Below are positions 26,940 to 39,467 of a DNA stretch of 64,000 bases, in pieces. The stretch is from Azolla caroliniana. Its lineage: Eukaryota > Plantae > Polypodiophyta. The translations under genes and the position numbers were made by a program. The stretch lies in contig JBHGNT010000005.1 of the NCBI GenBank assembly GCA_043228905.1, forward strand, positions 5,518,001 to 5,582,000, given 5' to 3'. Under the pieces are notes generated by a model. That model saw only the letters and a program-made list of their open reading frames with translations. It ran no database searches and was not told the origin of the DNA. Position 1 is the stretch's first letter. Each line of letters begins with the position of its first letter.

Positions 26940-27578
26940 AGCACCATATGCCTGAAGAAGGATGACAAAGGCTAAGTGATTTGACCCACATCCTTCTTCT
27001 TGCATTTGTTTGTAGAGCATCAAAGCCTTGTACACTTGGTTCTATTTAATGTAAGGAGAGAGCATAATGTTCATGTAATCGCATCCCGGTGAGGCAATGA
27101 AGAGAACACATTCTCTACCTCAACTATATCTCAACATTTGCTATACATACTAAATATGGAAGAGTCAGCGTGAGCATAAGATGGAAACAAATGTATTATG
27201 GGTTGGTCGAACACCATCATCAATCATAGATTGATAAGCTTTAAAGGCAAATTGGCCTTCTCATTTCTCTATATATGCAGATATGATCAATGTCCATGTA
27301 AAGGCATTCTAACAAGATAATTTTGTGGATATTTGGTATGCGTGGTTTACATTCTCACATATTACTAATGTCTTCACTATGTGTTGACCCATGTATGCAT
27401 CCATATCAACATTAGGAAGGACCACATGGGTATATATATGATTAGCATGATGAAGTGTCTTTCTCTTGCAACATGCTTTGAGCATACTAATGTAAGCCTT
27501 ATTAGACAACTGAGAGTTATGAAGATTAGGTGTTTTGGACATTTGTTGGCTAGTAAGAAAGTAATGTGATATTTGCAA
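26940..27578 (-). pseudogene. Degenerate PLS-PPR gene fragment
   Basis: AYISMLKACCKRKTLHHANHIYTHVV...AYMGQHIVKTLVICENVNHAYQI...NAFTWTLIISAY...SMIDDGVRP, with stops. Confidence 0.7.
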
Positions 27579-28059
27579 TGTTGTTAACTTTTTTACCTTT
27601 AAAAAACGTTTTACCTTATAGTAAATAATGAACCCAAAAGTATGATATTTACCATTCTTCGAGGGTGTTCACCATACTCGAATGATTGAAACATACTCAA
27701 ATGTGAATGCACGTATGGTACGTATGGTTCATACTATGGTCGAGTGGTTTGGCATCCTTCTTTCCTTTCTTTGGTCTATAATTCCTTATGTTTTGCTTAA
27801 TGAATTAGTTAGACTCTAACAATTGGTTACCATAATTCATCATGAGAATCTAGGTTTTGCACGTAACACCACTCCTATGCATAATTATTCGAGGGAGGTC
27901 AATGTAACTAAGATCGTGATGGGATAACTATCGTTAACCATATTGCAACTAGTTCGAAGACTTGTAGCTTACACTTGTTGGTGGATATTCTTGACTTGTT
28001 CTTTCCTCTCATACTTGGATCTAGTAGCTTGCATGCCTTCTTGTTATGATCATTGTCAT

Positions 28060-28600
28060 CCAAATTTGTAGATTTGTCGATTTGTTGCCTTCTGAGCTTA
28101 GTTTTTTGAAATATATATCTCAGGTTGTGTGCATCTTCTTCCTAATCAAATTGCAGGATATGTAGCCCTTCTTCTCTTTAGAGTGCCCAATAAAGACATA
28201 CTTCTCTAGGATAACGTCTAATTTGTTCTAACTTGCACACTACAACATGGACATAGGTTATTGAATTGAAAAACTTCAAATGAGAAAAGTTGGGCTTCTT
28301 TCAGTAGAACTCCTCTTTTGGTTTAGCTTAGTTTTATAATATACATCATTGTGCTATTAGCCATCTTCTTTTCTCCCAACTTGGCTCTAATTATGTTGGT
28401 GATAGTATAATTCTTCCATTCTATTATGTTTTGCTATGGTGTAGTCCTATATGTGCAATGTCCTCAATTTTCTTGATTATTCATGAACCTTTTGAAATCT
28501 GACTCACCAATGACGAGGCTATGTCATACTTTAACACATAGAATAACTTACATTTCCATGTCATGCAATCTTGGAAGCGTTGAGGGATTCTTCACTTATA
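28060..28600 (-). mobile_element. Highly decayed Copia integrase relic
   Basis: Frames give TTP*QNIIEWKN (compare TPQQNGVAERKN) and KYVFIGHSKEKKGYISCNL (compare KCIFIGYS..KGYRCYN). Confidence 0.6.
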
Positions 28601-29036
28601 CTTACACTAACACACACCAAATCACTACACCAATTAAGAAATATGTTTGTCGTAAGATTAAATGTATATGAGATTTCTCAATTAAATAGATAACTACTAA
28701 ATTAAAAACATGTATAGCTCAATTAATTAGTGTATTAAAATGACATGCAGGAAAGAGGCCCTTAATGAATGCGAAGGGGAGAGAATTATGACCAAAAGGT
28801 AGCCCCAAAGTTAGGGCATCCAGAAGTCCCTTTTAGATAAGAGTTATTTCCTTTTGGTTCAAGTTTGAAATTGTTAAAAATATATTCTAATGTAAGCATA
28901 AAATAAGGAAATAAATAATACAAATAGAATGATGTAGATAGATTCTATTATCATCTTTAGAGATCAAATATGACTTATGAGACCAAAATATTACATTTCA
29001 CGTAATACATGTGAAAGTGAAAGTGACTCTTGACAT

Positions 29037-29706
29037 TGTCGTGGAGAAAACCGTCCCTAGGCAGAAACCGGGTATAACGTGCGTAAACTGGCCCTTACAC
29101 GTGGGCACAAGTTTTGTTGTATAGTACGTAGATAGGTACAAGTCGGGTGAGGAGGAATCCTAGGTAGCTCGCATTCATTAGGAGAAAATCGAGGCGTATC
29201 CCTGTCCGAAAGGACATGGAATAAACATGATGTAACGGGTGGTAACGGCCTCCCTCCTTGGGCTATAAAAGAGAGGGAGAGGTATTGTAAAAGGGTATCG
29301 CGTTTAGCAAAGGACGAAGTGCTGCTGGACTGGGACCGAGCCCTTCTCCTCTCCTCTGTCGTCCCCTTTAATTGTTCTGTGCAGGTTTTGGGAGGCTGAC
29401 TCTGCTCCGCGGGACGCCCGAGTGCTACCGGCAGAGTCTCCATCTCGCGTTCTGTGTGTATGCAGGCGTCGAAGTCTATCACTCGCCGGTTTGCCGGTTG
29501 TAACACTTTGATTTATATATACATAAGCATTCGTTCTGTCTCGGTCTCGCGTTCTGTAGTTGGTTGCAATTCCTGTGATTCTGTGGGTCTGAGCGCGTGA
29601 GAATTACATCGTTAAGTTCCTTCCCCTCCCCTCATTCGGCTATTCCTCGGTTCGAGGCCCTCGTGGTCCCGCCTTGTTCTCCACGCACGCGCGTAGCAAC
29701 GTGACA
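29037..29706 (+). mobile_element. Solo LTR
   Basis: TGTCGTGGAG...CGTGACA, with a TATA box (gctataaaag) near 29262. Flanks ACAT and ACGT are a 4-bp TSD with one CpG transition. Confidence 0.85.
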
Positions 29707-29899
29707 ACGTTCAAGATCAATGTTGTTATCGAGAGTGCACATTGTGACTGTGAGAGAAATTCGTGCAAGCATTGGGTTTGGTCAAAGATGTGTGGAAAGC
29801 ATAGGCGATATGATCAAAGGCAAAGCATTATATAAAAGTGTGATACTCAGACTCTTGAACTTGTTTCGGTCAAAATGTGCATAGTCGACCACTCTCATC

Positions 29900-30320
29900 A
29901 CTTGTTCCCAAACACCCTATCTCACATCGCAATGCATGTGAGCTAAATCGTATGGAAGCAATGGTTTGGATAGCAGACAACGGGGTGGACATCCATGCAA
30001 TTCTAGGGAGTCGATGTGAGGGACTTTTTGAACATTAAGCATGTCTTCAACAACCCTTTTCATGGTCATGATCTCAATGAGAAGTGATCTTTTGGATCTT
30101 TTTGCATGCATCCATGCGATTCTAGGGAGTTGATGTGAGGGACTTTCTTGAACCTTAAACATGCCTTCAACAACCCTTTCCATGACCATGATCTCAATGG
30201 GAAGTGATCCCCTCTCAAGTAGGAGGGCGTATCATGATTGTTTCTTAACCTGTAGAAACTTTGTACGGAAATGCTTTTGGACATTTTCAAACTATTTGCA
30301 TGTAGATTTAGGGATGTTAC
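29900..30320 (-). mobile_element. LINE relic, split by the Gypsy element; continues at 35343-35600
   Basis: Rejoined frame reads IFDTLVIPMLLYGVEV|SNIPKSTCK...ERGSLPIEIMVMERVVEGMFKVQESPSHQLPRIAW. Confidence 0.7.
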
Positions 30321-30706
30321 TGTCACAAATGGGTGGAATGAGGCTAAGTACTAAGAGAGTGTGAGAGCATAAGCAAGACCACAAGATTGTCAAGGACAAG
30401 TAGACGAGGCTCAATATTAAGAGATAGCGGGAGATAGAGCTTAGACAAGAGAACACACAAGAGAGAGAGAATAGACAAATAAACAAGAATTGTATATGCT
30501 TTCGTAACTGGTGTTCTTCATCTTGATTGTAATCAAGGTGCACCCCAATATTTATACAAGAATGTGGAGGTATGCACGAAAGCTTCTAAGAGTGCATGGA
30601 AACTTCTAGAGAGTGAATGAAGTTGCATTCTCTAGAAGGTTCTTGAAATTTCTAGTGATCAATGTATAATGAAATAAGTTGAATCTTATACAATACAATA
30701 ATGCAT

Positions 30707-30789
30707 AGATGGATGTAGCTCAACTAGTAAGGTTGCCCAATAAGACTAGAAGGTCATGGGTTCAACCCCCACCATTCCATGTGGCATCT
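30707..30789 (+). other. tRNA-like Pol III (A-box/B-box) module in the 3' LTR
   Basis: tagctcaactag ... ggttcaacccc; homologous to 35249-35331. Confidence 0.6.
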
Positions 30790-33700
30790 TGTTTATGACA
30801 TTATCCTCCCTCTAAGGCTGCTTCCTAGGCCCGCAGTCGGTTTTTGTGGATAACGTTCATGAAATGCTCGAACTAGGTCCGGGGCATGCTTGAGATGATG
30901 TGTTGGCTCCAATGATGCTTCGGAGATCGGCTACCCTTTCCAGAGGACAAGGTATTGAAGCTGGTGATGGAAGAGACAAGAGTCGAGAATTTGGTCGACC
31001 TCATATTCTTCTCCGGTTGAGAGCTAGATTGGTGGTGGAGGAGATGGGTGTCGATCGGGGATTTCAGATTTATGGTGAGGTTCTAGAATGGAGACATGGA
31101 ATACATTATGAATACGAACGTGGGATGGTAGCTCTAAGAGGATACCCATGGAACCAATTTTCTCGATGATTCGAAAAGGGCCTAACTTCTTGTAATCAAG
31201 CTTCGAACAAGGACAAGTGGTGTCAATATTGCGACAGAGAAGCCAAACAAAGTCACCTATCTCAAACCGGGGAGCATCTAAGCGAAGGCGGTCAGCTTGC
31301 TCCTTGTAGCATTCACCAGCTATGGTGAGCTCCAAGGAAAGATCATGATGTACATCCTCGAAGAGACATGCCCGGTCCTCCGCAGAGGGATTGTCATAGT
31401 CAGAGGGAAGCGAAATGTTGAAGCGGGGGTGGAGACCGTAGATTGCAAAAAATGGAGTAACTCTCGTAGATGCATGCAGAGAGTTGTTGTAGGCGAACTC
31501 GACAAGTGGGAAAAGGTCAACCCAGTTGTCTTGTTGGTAACTAAGAGAGCACCGCAAGTATTGTTCCAAGATTTGGTTAACCCGCTCCGTTTGTCCATTG
31601 GTTTGTGGATGATAGGCGGAAGACAAATTCACAGTACAACCGAAGGTTTGCAGAAAGTGCCACCAGAAATTGGAAACAAATTGTGGTCCTCAATTAGGAG
31701 TGATATCTCCGAGAGTCCATCTAGTCAAACCACATTTTTGAAAAATAAATCGGTTGTCTCCTTTCTGATAATGGTTTTGGCACATGGAGCAAAATGAGCC
31801 ATCTTGGTGAAGCGATCGACCATGATGAATACCGAGTCATAACCATCAACAAAGGGAAGGTCAGTGATGAAATCCATGGAAAGAGAGGCCCAAGGCCGTT
31901 TGGGGATTGGGAGAGGGTGAAGGAGACCATATGGTCAATGATGAGATGCTTTAGAGCGAGCACAAACGTCGCATGACTTAACAAACTCTTTGACCAATTT
32001 CCATGGTTGTGGCCACCAGTATCCTCGAGATATCAACTCCAAGTTTTTCACAACGCCAAAATGATCAACAAGTGAATCATCATGACACTTGTGAAGCACC
32101 CTCGTCCGACAAGGACCTTCTAGGACATACAAAAGATTATCCTGAATTGTAAAACAAGCTAAATCAGGTCTTTTGGGTTCATGGGAGGGGTTTGTGATAC
32201 TTGCCTTGACCTCTATGGCAAACTTGTTAGTCGTAGTGGCTTCTGCTATTTGCTTGAGCAAATAGTCATCCTGGAGCAAGCAAGTCGCGAAGTTGTAGAA
32301 TTGGTTAGGCTTTAACAAACTCTGGGACTGTTGAACTGTTGGAGTGAGCTCAAACTCAGACCGCCAAGATAAGACATTTGTCGTCGTGTGTTGAGCACTG
32401 GGTCGAAAGATTATCTCAAAATCATAGTCTGCCAAGAAGGTTGACCATCTACTATTTAAGGTTCGTGTGGTAGAAAAGTATATTAGATTTTTGTGATCGG
32501 TAATTACTTGGATACGATGTTGCGCCCCGGCTAAATAGGGTCTCCATTCTTCAAAAGCAGCAATAATATAGTGAGAAGCTCCTTGTCGTATATGGAGTAG
32601 TTGATTTCTGGGGTCATGAATTTGCGGGAGTAGTAAGCCATCAGGTGAAGCACACCGACCGCATCTCGTTGGGAGAGGATTGCCCCGATGGCGAAATCAA
32701 AAGCATCTGTTTCGACTTGGAAAGGCTTAGTGGGGTCAGGATGTAAAAGGACTGGTACCATAGTAAAGGATTGTTTCGGCAAGTCGAACGCCTTTTGGGC
32801 AGCTGTTGTCCATTTGAAAGTAGCATGCTTGCGGGTAAGAGCAATGAGAGGTTGTGCGATCACTTAAAATCCTTTGATGAAGCGGCGATAAAAATTGGCA
32901 AAACCAAGGAATGATTGCACATGTCGTACCCGAGTTGGGACAACCCACTCTTGGATAGTCTTGACTTTCCATGTGTCCATTGTGATTCCCTGTGTTGAAA
33001 TGACATACCCAAGAAACTCTACAGAAGTACGATCAAATTCACATTTTTCACTTTTAGCATAGACCCCGTGCTCGCGAAGTTTGGCGAGGACTAACCTGAC
33101 ACGTCGAGTATGCTCCTTGATGTTCGAAGAGAAGACCAAGATATCATCTAGATAGATCACAACAAAGTGATCAAGATATTCTTGGAAGATGTCATTCATC
33201 ATATGTTGAAATACTGCAGAAGCATTAGTGGGGCCAAAAGGCATTACCTTATACTCGAAATGACCGTAGCGCATTCTAAAGTCAGTTTTCCATTCATCTC
33301 CAGGTTTGATTCGTACCATATTGTATGCTCCCCGTAGGTCAATCTTAGAGAAGATCCTCCCAGTTCGGAGTTGATCCAACAGCTCTAGGATGAGAGGCAG
33401 TGGGTAGCGGTTGCGAACAGTAATCTTGTTTAGACCCCGATAGTCGATGCAGAGGCGTAAGGAGCCATCTTTCTTTTTCATGAACAAAATAGGAGCTCCT
33501 GGTGGTGATTTTGAGGGTTGAATAAAACCCTTTTCAACATTCTTGTTGAGATAAGTTCGCAGTGCCTAGAGTTCTGGTTCTGATAACCCATAAATTGGGC
33601 CAAAGGGAGGTCTGGCACCTTCTTGCATATCAATCAGACAATCGTAGCATTGATGCTCAGGCAAGTGATCAACATTCTTTTTCTCAAACACATCCCTGAA

Positions 33701-35248
33701 GTCTTCATACTTGGACGGTAGTGAGTCAATAGTTGTCCTCATTGGATTACTCGACGTCGAGACACTATGCACTATTTTCCTTGTTGTGACTGGGATGTGA
33801 GCATCCGCCTTGGAGCTGATTCCTGCATTAATGGGAGGGTGAGTGCCTACAGCGACATGAGATATTTCTTGCACCTCCGAGCTGGTTTGGGAGAAAGTAA
33901 TCGAGTGATTGTGCCAATCAAACAAGTGGATTTTGTGCCTTCAGCCAAGACAAACCAAGGATGAGCAGATGTCGCGGTGAAGTGATAACAAAAAACATTA
34001 AGGCCTCTTGGCCTCCTGGTTGTCCCCGAGTTGTAAGATAAGTGGGACAGTGGCTTCGATGACTGCTCCCGAATAAAGCATGCGTCCATCGATAACTTCC
34101 ACTAGGATTGGCTTGGACAATCGGACAACTGGAAATTTGTGTTTACGAACGAACCTTCCATCCATAAAACATGTTGTTGCCCTGGAATCGAGAAGTGCTA
34201 AGGACCTAATTGAAATTGACTTGAAATGGATGCTTATCGGAAAGGAGAAATCTTCTCTCGATGTAGCCGAACTATGGGAGCAACATCAATGCAGATTGTC
34301 CAACCACATGGCTCCTACTATAGTTGGATCTATCGTTGTTTTCCGGTTGTTGGGGCCGTCTTGTCATATTGTTTGTAGATAGTTGTCATTTATTATTCTT
34401 GATTGGGCAAAAACGAATTAGATGGGTGGAGGCTTGTGCAACTCCGGACAGAACGGTCCTAATTAGACCAACTTGACGAAAATCATCCGCATACCGTTGA
34501 GGCTATAGTTGGATAATAAGCTTGATCTAATTTATGAACCCTCAGAAGTGCTTCTTCGTGCCATCGAACTTGTCAAGTAAACTAATCTTGGGCTCCATAC
34601 TTGTAGTGGGATGGAGAGGAGTTGGAGAAAGCCTAGACGAGGAACCAGGCTCTATAGGTAGAACATTTGTTGATGTAGGAGGAGAGTTGTTTTTTTCTTC
34701 GAGTTCCATCGGTGTTCCGACTTGAAGCTTCCATAACGATTCCCGAAGGTTGTCATTCTCAAGTTGAAGTTGATGCATGGCTTCCATGAGCTGATTTATT
34801 CTCTCGGTAAGATCTGACATGCTAAGGCTGAGAAAATGGGAAGGTGAACAAACTATCACGAACGGGTGGAATGAGGCTAAGTACTAAGAGAGTGCGAGAG
34901 CATAAGCAAGACCACAAAATTGTCAAGGACAAGTAGACGAGGCTCAATATTAAGAGATAGTGGGAGAGAGAGCTTAGACAAGAGAACAAGCAAGAGAGAG
35001 AGAATAGACAAATAAACAAGAACTACAAATGCTTTCGTAACTAGTGTTCTTCATCTTGATTGTAATCAAGATGCACCCCCGTATTTATATAAGAATGTGG
35101 AGGTATGCATGAAAGCTAGAAGACTTCTAGAGAGTGTATGGAAACTTCTAGAGAGTGCATGAAGATGCATTCTCTAGAAGGTTCTTGAAAGTTCTAGTGA
35201 TCAATCTATAATAAAATAAGTTGAATCTTATACAATATAATAATGCAT

Positions 35249-35331
35249 AGACGGCTGTAGCTCAACTGGTAAGGTTGCCCAATAAGACCGAAAGGTCATG
35301 GGTTCAACCCCCACCATTCCATGTGGCATCT
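35249..35331 (+). other. tRNA-like Pol III (A-box/B-box) module in the 5' LTR
   Basis: A box TAGCTCAACTGG (35258-35269) and B box GGTTCAACCCC (35301-35311) at tRNA-like spacing. T-arm atggg-ttcaacc-cccac. Confidence 0.65.
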
Positions 35332-36329
35332 TGTTTATGACAACTACTTCCACTCCATAAAGAAGCATTGGTATCACCAAAGTGTCAAAAATGTATTTCT
35401 TGAGGACCTGACACATCATTTCTCCATGATTGCACGTGTTCTCAAATGCATAATGTGCTCTCTCGGTCTCAAATTATAGATGGAATGAATGTGCATTTGA
35501 GAACACATGCATAATGAAACGTTAGGGAAGTTAGTTTTAATGGTGTGAAAAGCTTGGGAAATTTGTTTTAATGGTAATTTCTCATTCCCATGTAACATCC
35601 TTTATATACTTATTCATTTGTGAAATTTTAAACTCTTGGATTGTTTGGAACATTAATTTCTTGTTTTACTATTGAGACTTTTCAACTTATGGGAGGAAAC
35701 TTACCAACATCACTGATGAATATAGGGAGTATTTCAACTAGCTTCCAATGTTGATGATCCAACTCCATCTAAAAGAAAATATCTAATTTTTGGTAGCCAT
35801 CTCCCAAAACTTGGGGAGATATGGATGAAAACAAAAGAGAAGGACATTGCATGGAACAACATCTACTTGATACCTTTTCCTTTTCCTTTAATGGTTTGGT
35901 TTACCTTTTCCTTTAATGGTTTGGTTTAAGAGGCTTGACAGTTCATGAATAGTTTGGTTTGGTTTTTGTTTTCTGTAAGTTGTTTAATTTGGTTCAATGG
36001 GTAAACCCAAAGTTAGGGCTTCCTTAGGGCCCATTTTACGTAAGAGCTCTTGACCTTTTATACAAGTTGGACACTCTAAAGAGTCAATTTCACATTACAA
36101 ACATAATGATCATTAAATATTCTTAACTAATAAAGGGTAATCCTCCACAAATTACAATATGATCTTCCACAAATTACAATATGCCCATGTTTCTTATATA
36201 TATTTAACCCATGATGAATATTTTACATTGTTAAAACTAAAGACTATAACAAGGGACCGTCTCTTGTGTAGCATTATGAAAGGACATCTAAACCCAATAC
36301 AAGGAAGAAATGTCATAAGTTATAACATA

Positions 36330-36920
36330 TCCAATCATATCTCACTACCTTAGTGATCCTTGAAGATCACCAGGTATCATCACCCAAATATAAAGTTGTG
36401 CAAGGTGTGCAATGAAAACCTTGTGGAGGATGAATATCATTTATGTATGGCATGCTCAACATATAAGGTAATTTGTGAGAAATATGATAAATTGTTAGAC
36501 ATGCATGATAATGTGAGTGTCATATTCAATTTTCACCAAGAAGACTGAGCACATGTGTGTGTGCATTATTTACACATCGAGAGTTTTAACTACAGAGCAA
36601 TAACCCTCTTCTTATAGGGAGGAGACAAATACAACATGGTTTGTTGATTTGGTCAAATTTGGCCTCATTGTGGACAATAAAATATATATTTTATTCATGA
36701 ATCAATTGATATTGTGGTTGAGAAGTTAAATAGGCAACCAATATTTAACCTTCCTTGATGGGGTCATGAAGGTTTTATTGATCAACATATAATGTCATTT
36801 GCATAAATATGATGAATTGTTAAACAAGCATGATAATGCCAGTGTCATACTCAAATTTCCACCAAGGCCAAGCACATAGGTGCATGCATTATTTGCACAT
36901 AGAGAGTTTTAACTAGAGAA
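36330..36920 (+). mobile_element. Two LINE 3'-end fragments
   Basis: KLCKVCNENLVEDEYHLCMACSTY CCHC motif. The segment at about 36460-36590 recurs at about 36785-36915, and 36615-36750 recurs at about 37920-38062. Confidence 0.65.
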
Positions 36921-36940
36921 TAGTTTCCAAACTTCTACCC

Positions 36941-37770
36941 TTGACGCTATATAGTTGGCATCAACTTCTGTGGCTAGGTCAAGTTGTTAGGCCAAATGAA
37001 ATGGTTAGACATCTTGGTTATCCCTTGGGATGGAATGCAATAGGGAAAAGAAAGGTTGAATGGGTTCTGCAAAAAGTGAGACAAAAGCTAAGCTATTGGA
37101 AGATTGCAACATGGCCACTCCATATCAGATTGAGTATAGTGCAATCTATATTGATGGTTTACATGCAGTATTACTTATTTATGATTGATTGGCTGAAACA
37201 CATTATACAAAAGATTAACTCTAAAATCATAAGCAGCTTTTGGTGCTCTAAGTAGTCGCATTGAGGTATACAACTCCTATCACTAGAGAAGATATGCACT
37301 CCATGATTGAGTGGATGGTTAAAATTTCTTGATTTGCATTTGCATATGTTGGCTAGAAAAGCTACTTTATTGCCAAAATTTGCTAAAAAAACATTGCCTT
37401 AGGCAAGAATGCTATCTGATATGTTTGATCATTTGAAAACCAAGTCATTTGGCTCATGGGATACTAACCATTGGGATTTTATGTTTGGAAAGCTTGACAG
37501 GCACATCAAAGGTTGTCCATTTAGCTCAAAGCTTCTAAAGCGCTGGAAGGAAGTATTGCACCACATAAAATGGAGAGGTAGGAATTCAAAATCAGGGAAC
37601 CCTTTACGCCTCGAAAGCTTACACTGGAGTGAGCTATATTCCCACAGTCACTAGCTGAACAAGAGCCTAGGAAAGCTTATTTTTTAGGAAAGACGGAGCT
37701 AAAATCAATTGCAGATGTGGTAAATGACCAAGATCACTTATTGCACTTCAATGACATGACATGTCGTTAT
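36941..37770 (+). mobile_element. L1-like LINE ORF2 relic (post-RT region)
   Basis: RHLGYPLGW...WVLQKVRQKLSYWK...RLSIVQSIL...YMQYYL, with stops. Confidence 0.7.
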
Positions 37771-39467
37771 AGTTTGAGTGCTTTTAAGCTCTTTAGTGCC
37801 TAATTGACACTTGTATATTTTTCTTTATTCTTTGTGGGTTTTCACATCACTTTGAGGTTTCCCACTAGTAATAAAAGTGTTACTACAAAAAAGAAGAGAA
37901 TAGTAACCCCCCTTCATTTAAGGAAGGAGACATATACAACATATGGTGATTTGGTTCCATTAGTCAAATTTGACCTCATCATAGACAATAAAATTATCTA
38001 TTCTATTCATGCATCAATTGATATCGTCTTTGAGCAGTTGAATAGGCGTCCAATTTAACCTTCACGTTTGCGACTCAATGAAGGTTACAATTTATTGATC
38101 CATAAACATTTTTATGGCAACCATTAGGTATCACTTTATTCCTTTCTGGGGTATCAAACCAAATAGCAATAACAAACAATAAATGGGGTCCACTATATAG
38201 AAAATTTGTTGAGTAAGTTATTGTCACTTCTTCCGATCCGAATGCAATATCAACCATTGAAATAAAGATTAACAAAGATTTGGTTCTGTGTTGTGTGTCC
38301 TTTGATTCCTTTGTGGGGTTCAAACAATATAATTGGGAAAGCAGGTTGTGCCTAGAGTGCTTATCAAAAGCAAGTTTGACAAATTGTCATGTCTTTCATT
38401 GCATTGGGAATTCAAGTCATGGGACAAGGACCTAAATTAGTTATAATCCTCAAAACGAGAGTGTAACTCATTGAACTAGAATACAATTTGATGAGACTGC
38501 ACAAGTATGTGCCTAATGTAAATGGACTAAGACATATCTCCTAGTGAATAACACAAGTATGTGCCAGCAGTGCCACGTGGTTGAAATAACACACACAAAT
38601 GGTTCAAGAGATGAAATGTGGCAAATCTATTGAGCTATATACTATTGATGCTCAAGACAACACTCAGAAAGAAAAGTGTCGGATTGATATAGTGACAACC
38701 AAATGGAAAGAGGAATCATACAATTAATGGAAATTGCAATGCTCTTGCACTTACATAATTGGGACACCTACAAGGAAATTGATGGGACATACTCAATTAA
38801 CACATTTTCTCATCCCCAATGCTAGTTTACATTATAAGAGCTATGACTTCTCATAGTCATAATCATAAATTCGACAATGGAGCATCAGAGATGAATGATT
38901 ATATGATATTGTGGATGAGGAGCTAGAATTGTGCTACAATTTGAAGCATTCATGACCACCCAACAATGCATTCCACCACCAATTACCATATGCACCAACC
39001 ATACTATGGCACTTATATGGGCATTTGAATATAGGGCTACTCTCTACTTCAAAGTATAGCAAGTGAGCTTTATAAGGGATACAATAGCCACATTTACACC
39101 CCATAAGATCCTCTATATCATGACAAGAGAGTGTCTTGTACACCATAGGTTTGATATTTTCTAATGCTCACACAAAAATGCCAAAATAGTCTCATCATCT
39201 TGGTTGCTCTTTTTCTTGAATATGTTGTACCATCAATTTGTCATTTTTTACACTTTTCACAAGTTTCCAAAAGAATTAATGTGTATTATAGGGCATGTGA
39301 AGAAGATATCAAGTAGAAATTATGTGGCCTATAGAGGATATGAAGGGTAGAGCGGATCCATGTGTGAATTGATTGGTATGCAATAGGATAGTTAATTTAT
39401 GGCAACATATATAGGTTTAAACAAATGGTTCCCATTTTCCAAGTAGCTCCTTCTTCATTTTCAAGAC

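Larger units (their letters stand above)
30321..35342 (-). mobile_element. Near full-length, decayed Ty3/Gypsy chromovirus (Tcn1-like by inference)
   Basis: Paired LTRs at 34854-35342 and 30321-30800. PPT at 30801-30817. Domain order: gag (MSDLTERINQL, 34820), protease (ALLDSRAT), RT ([15 protein letters not shown]; 32864-33487), RNase H, integrase (SSAYHPQTNGQTERVNQ), chromodomain (YLVLWKG, about 30850-31000). Many stops and frameshifts. TSD is imperfect (gttac/actac). Confidence 0.93.

Noticed and set aside
35249-35331. Functional tRNA gene
   Set aside because: The D and anticodon arms do not fold convincingly, so it was kept only as a tRNA-derived Pol III module.
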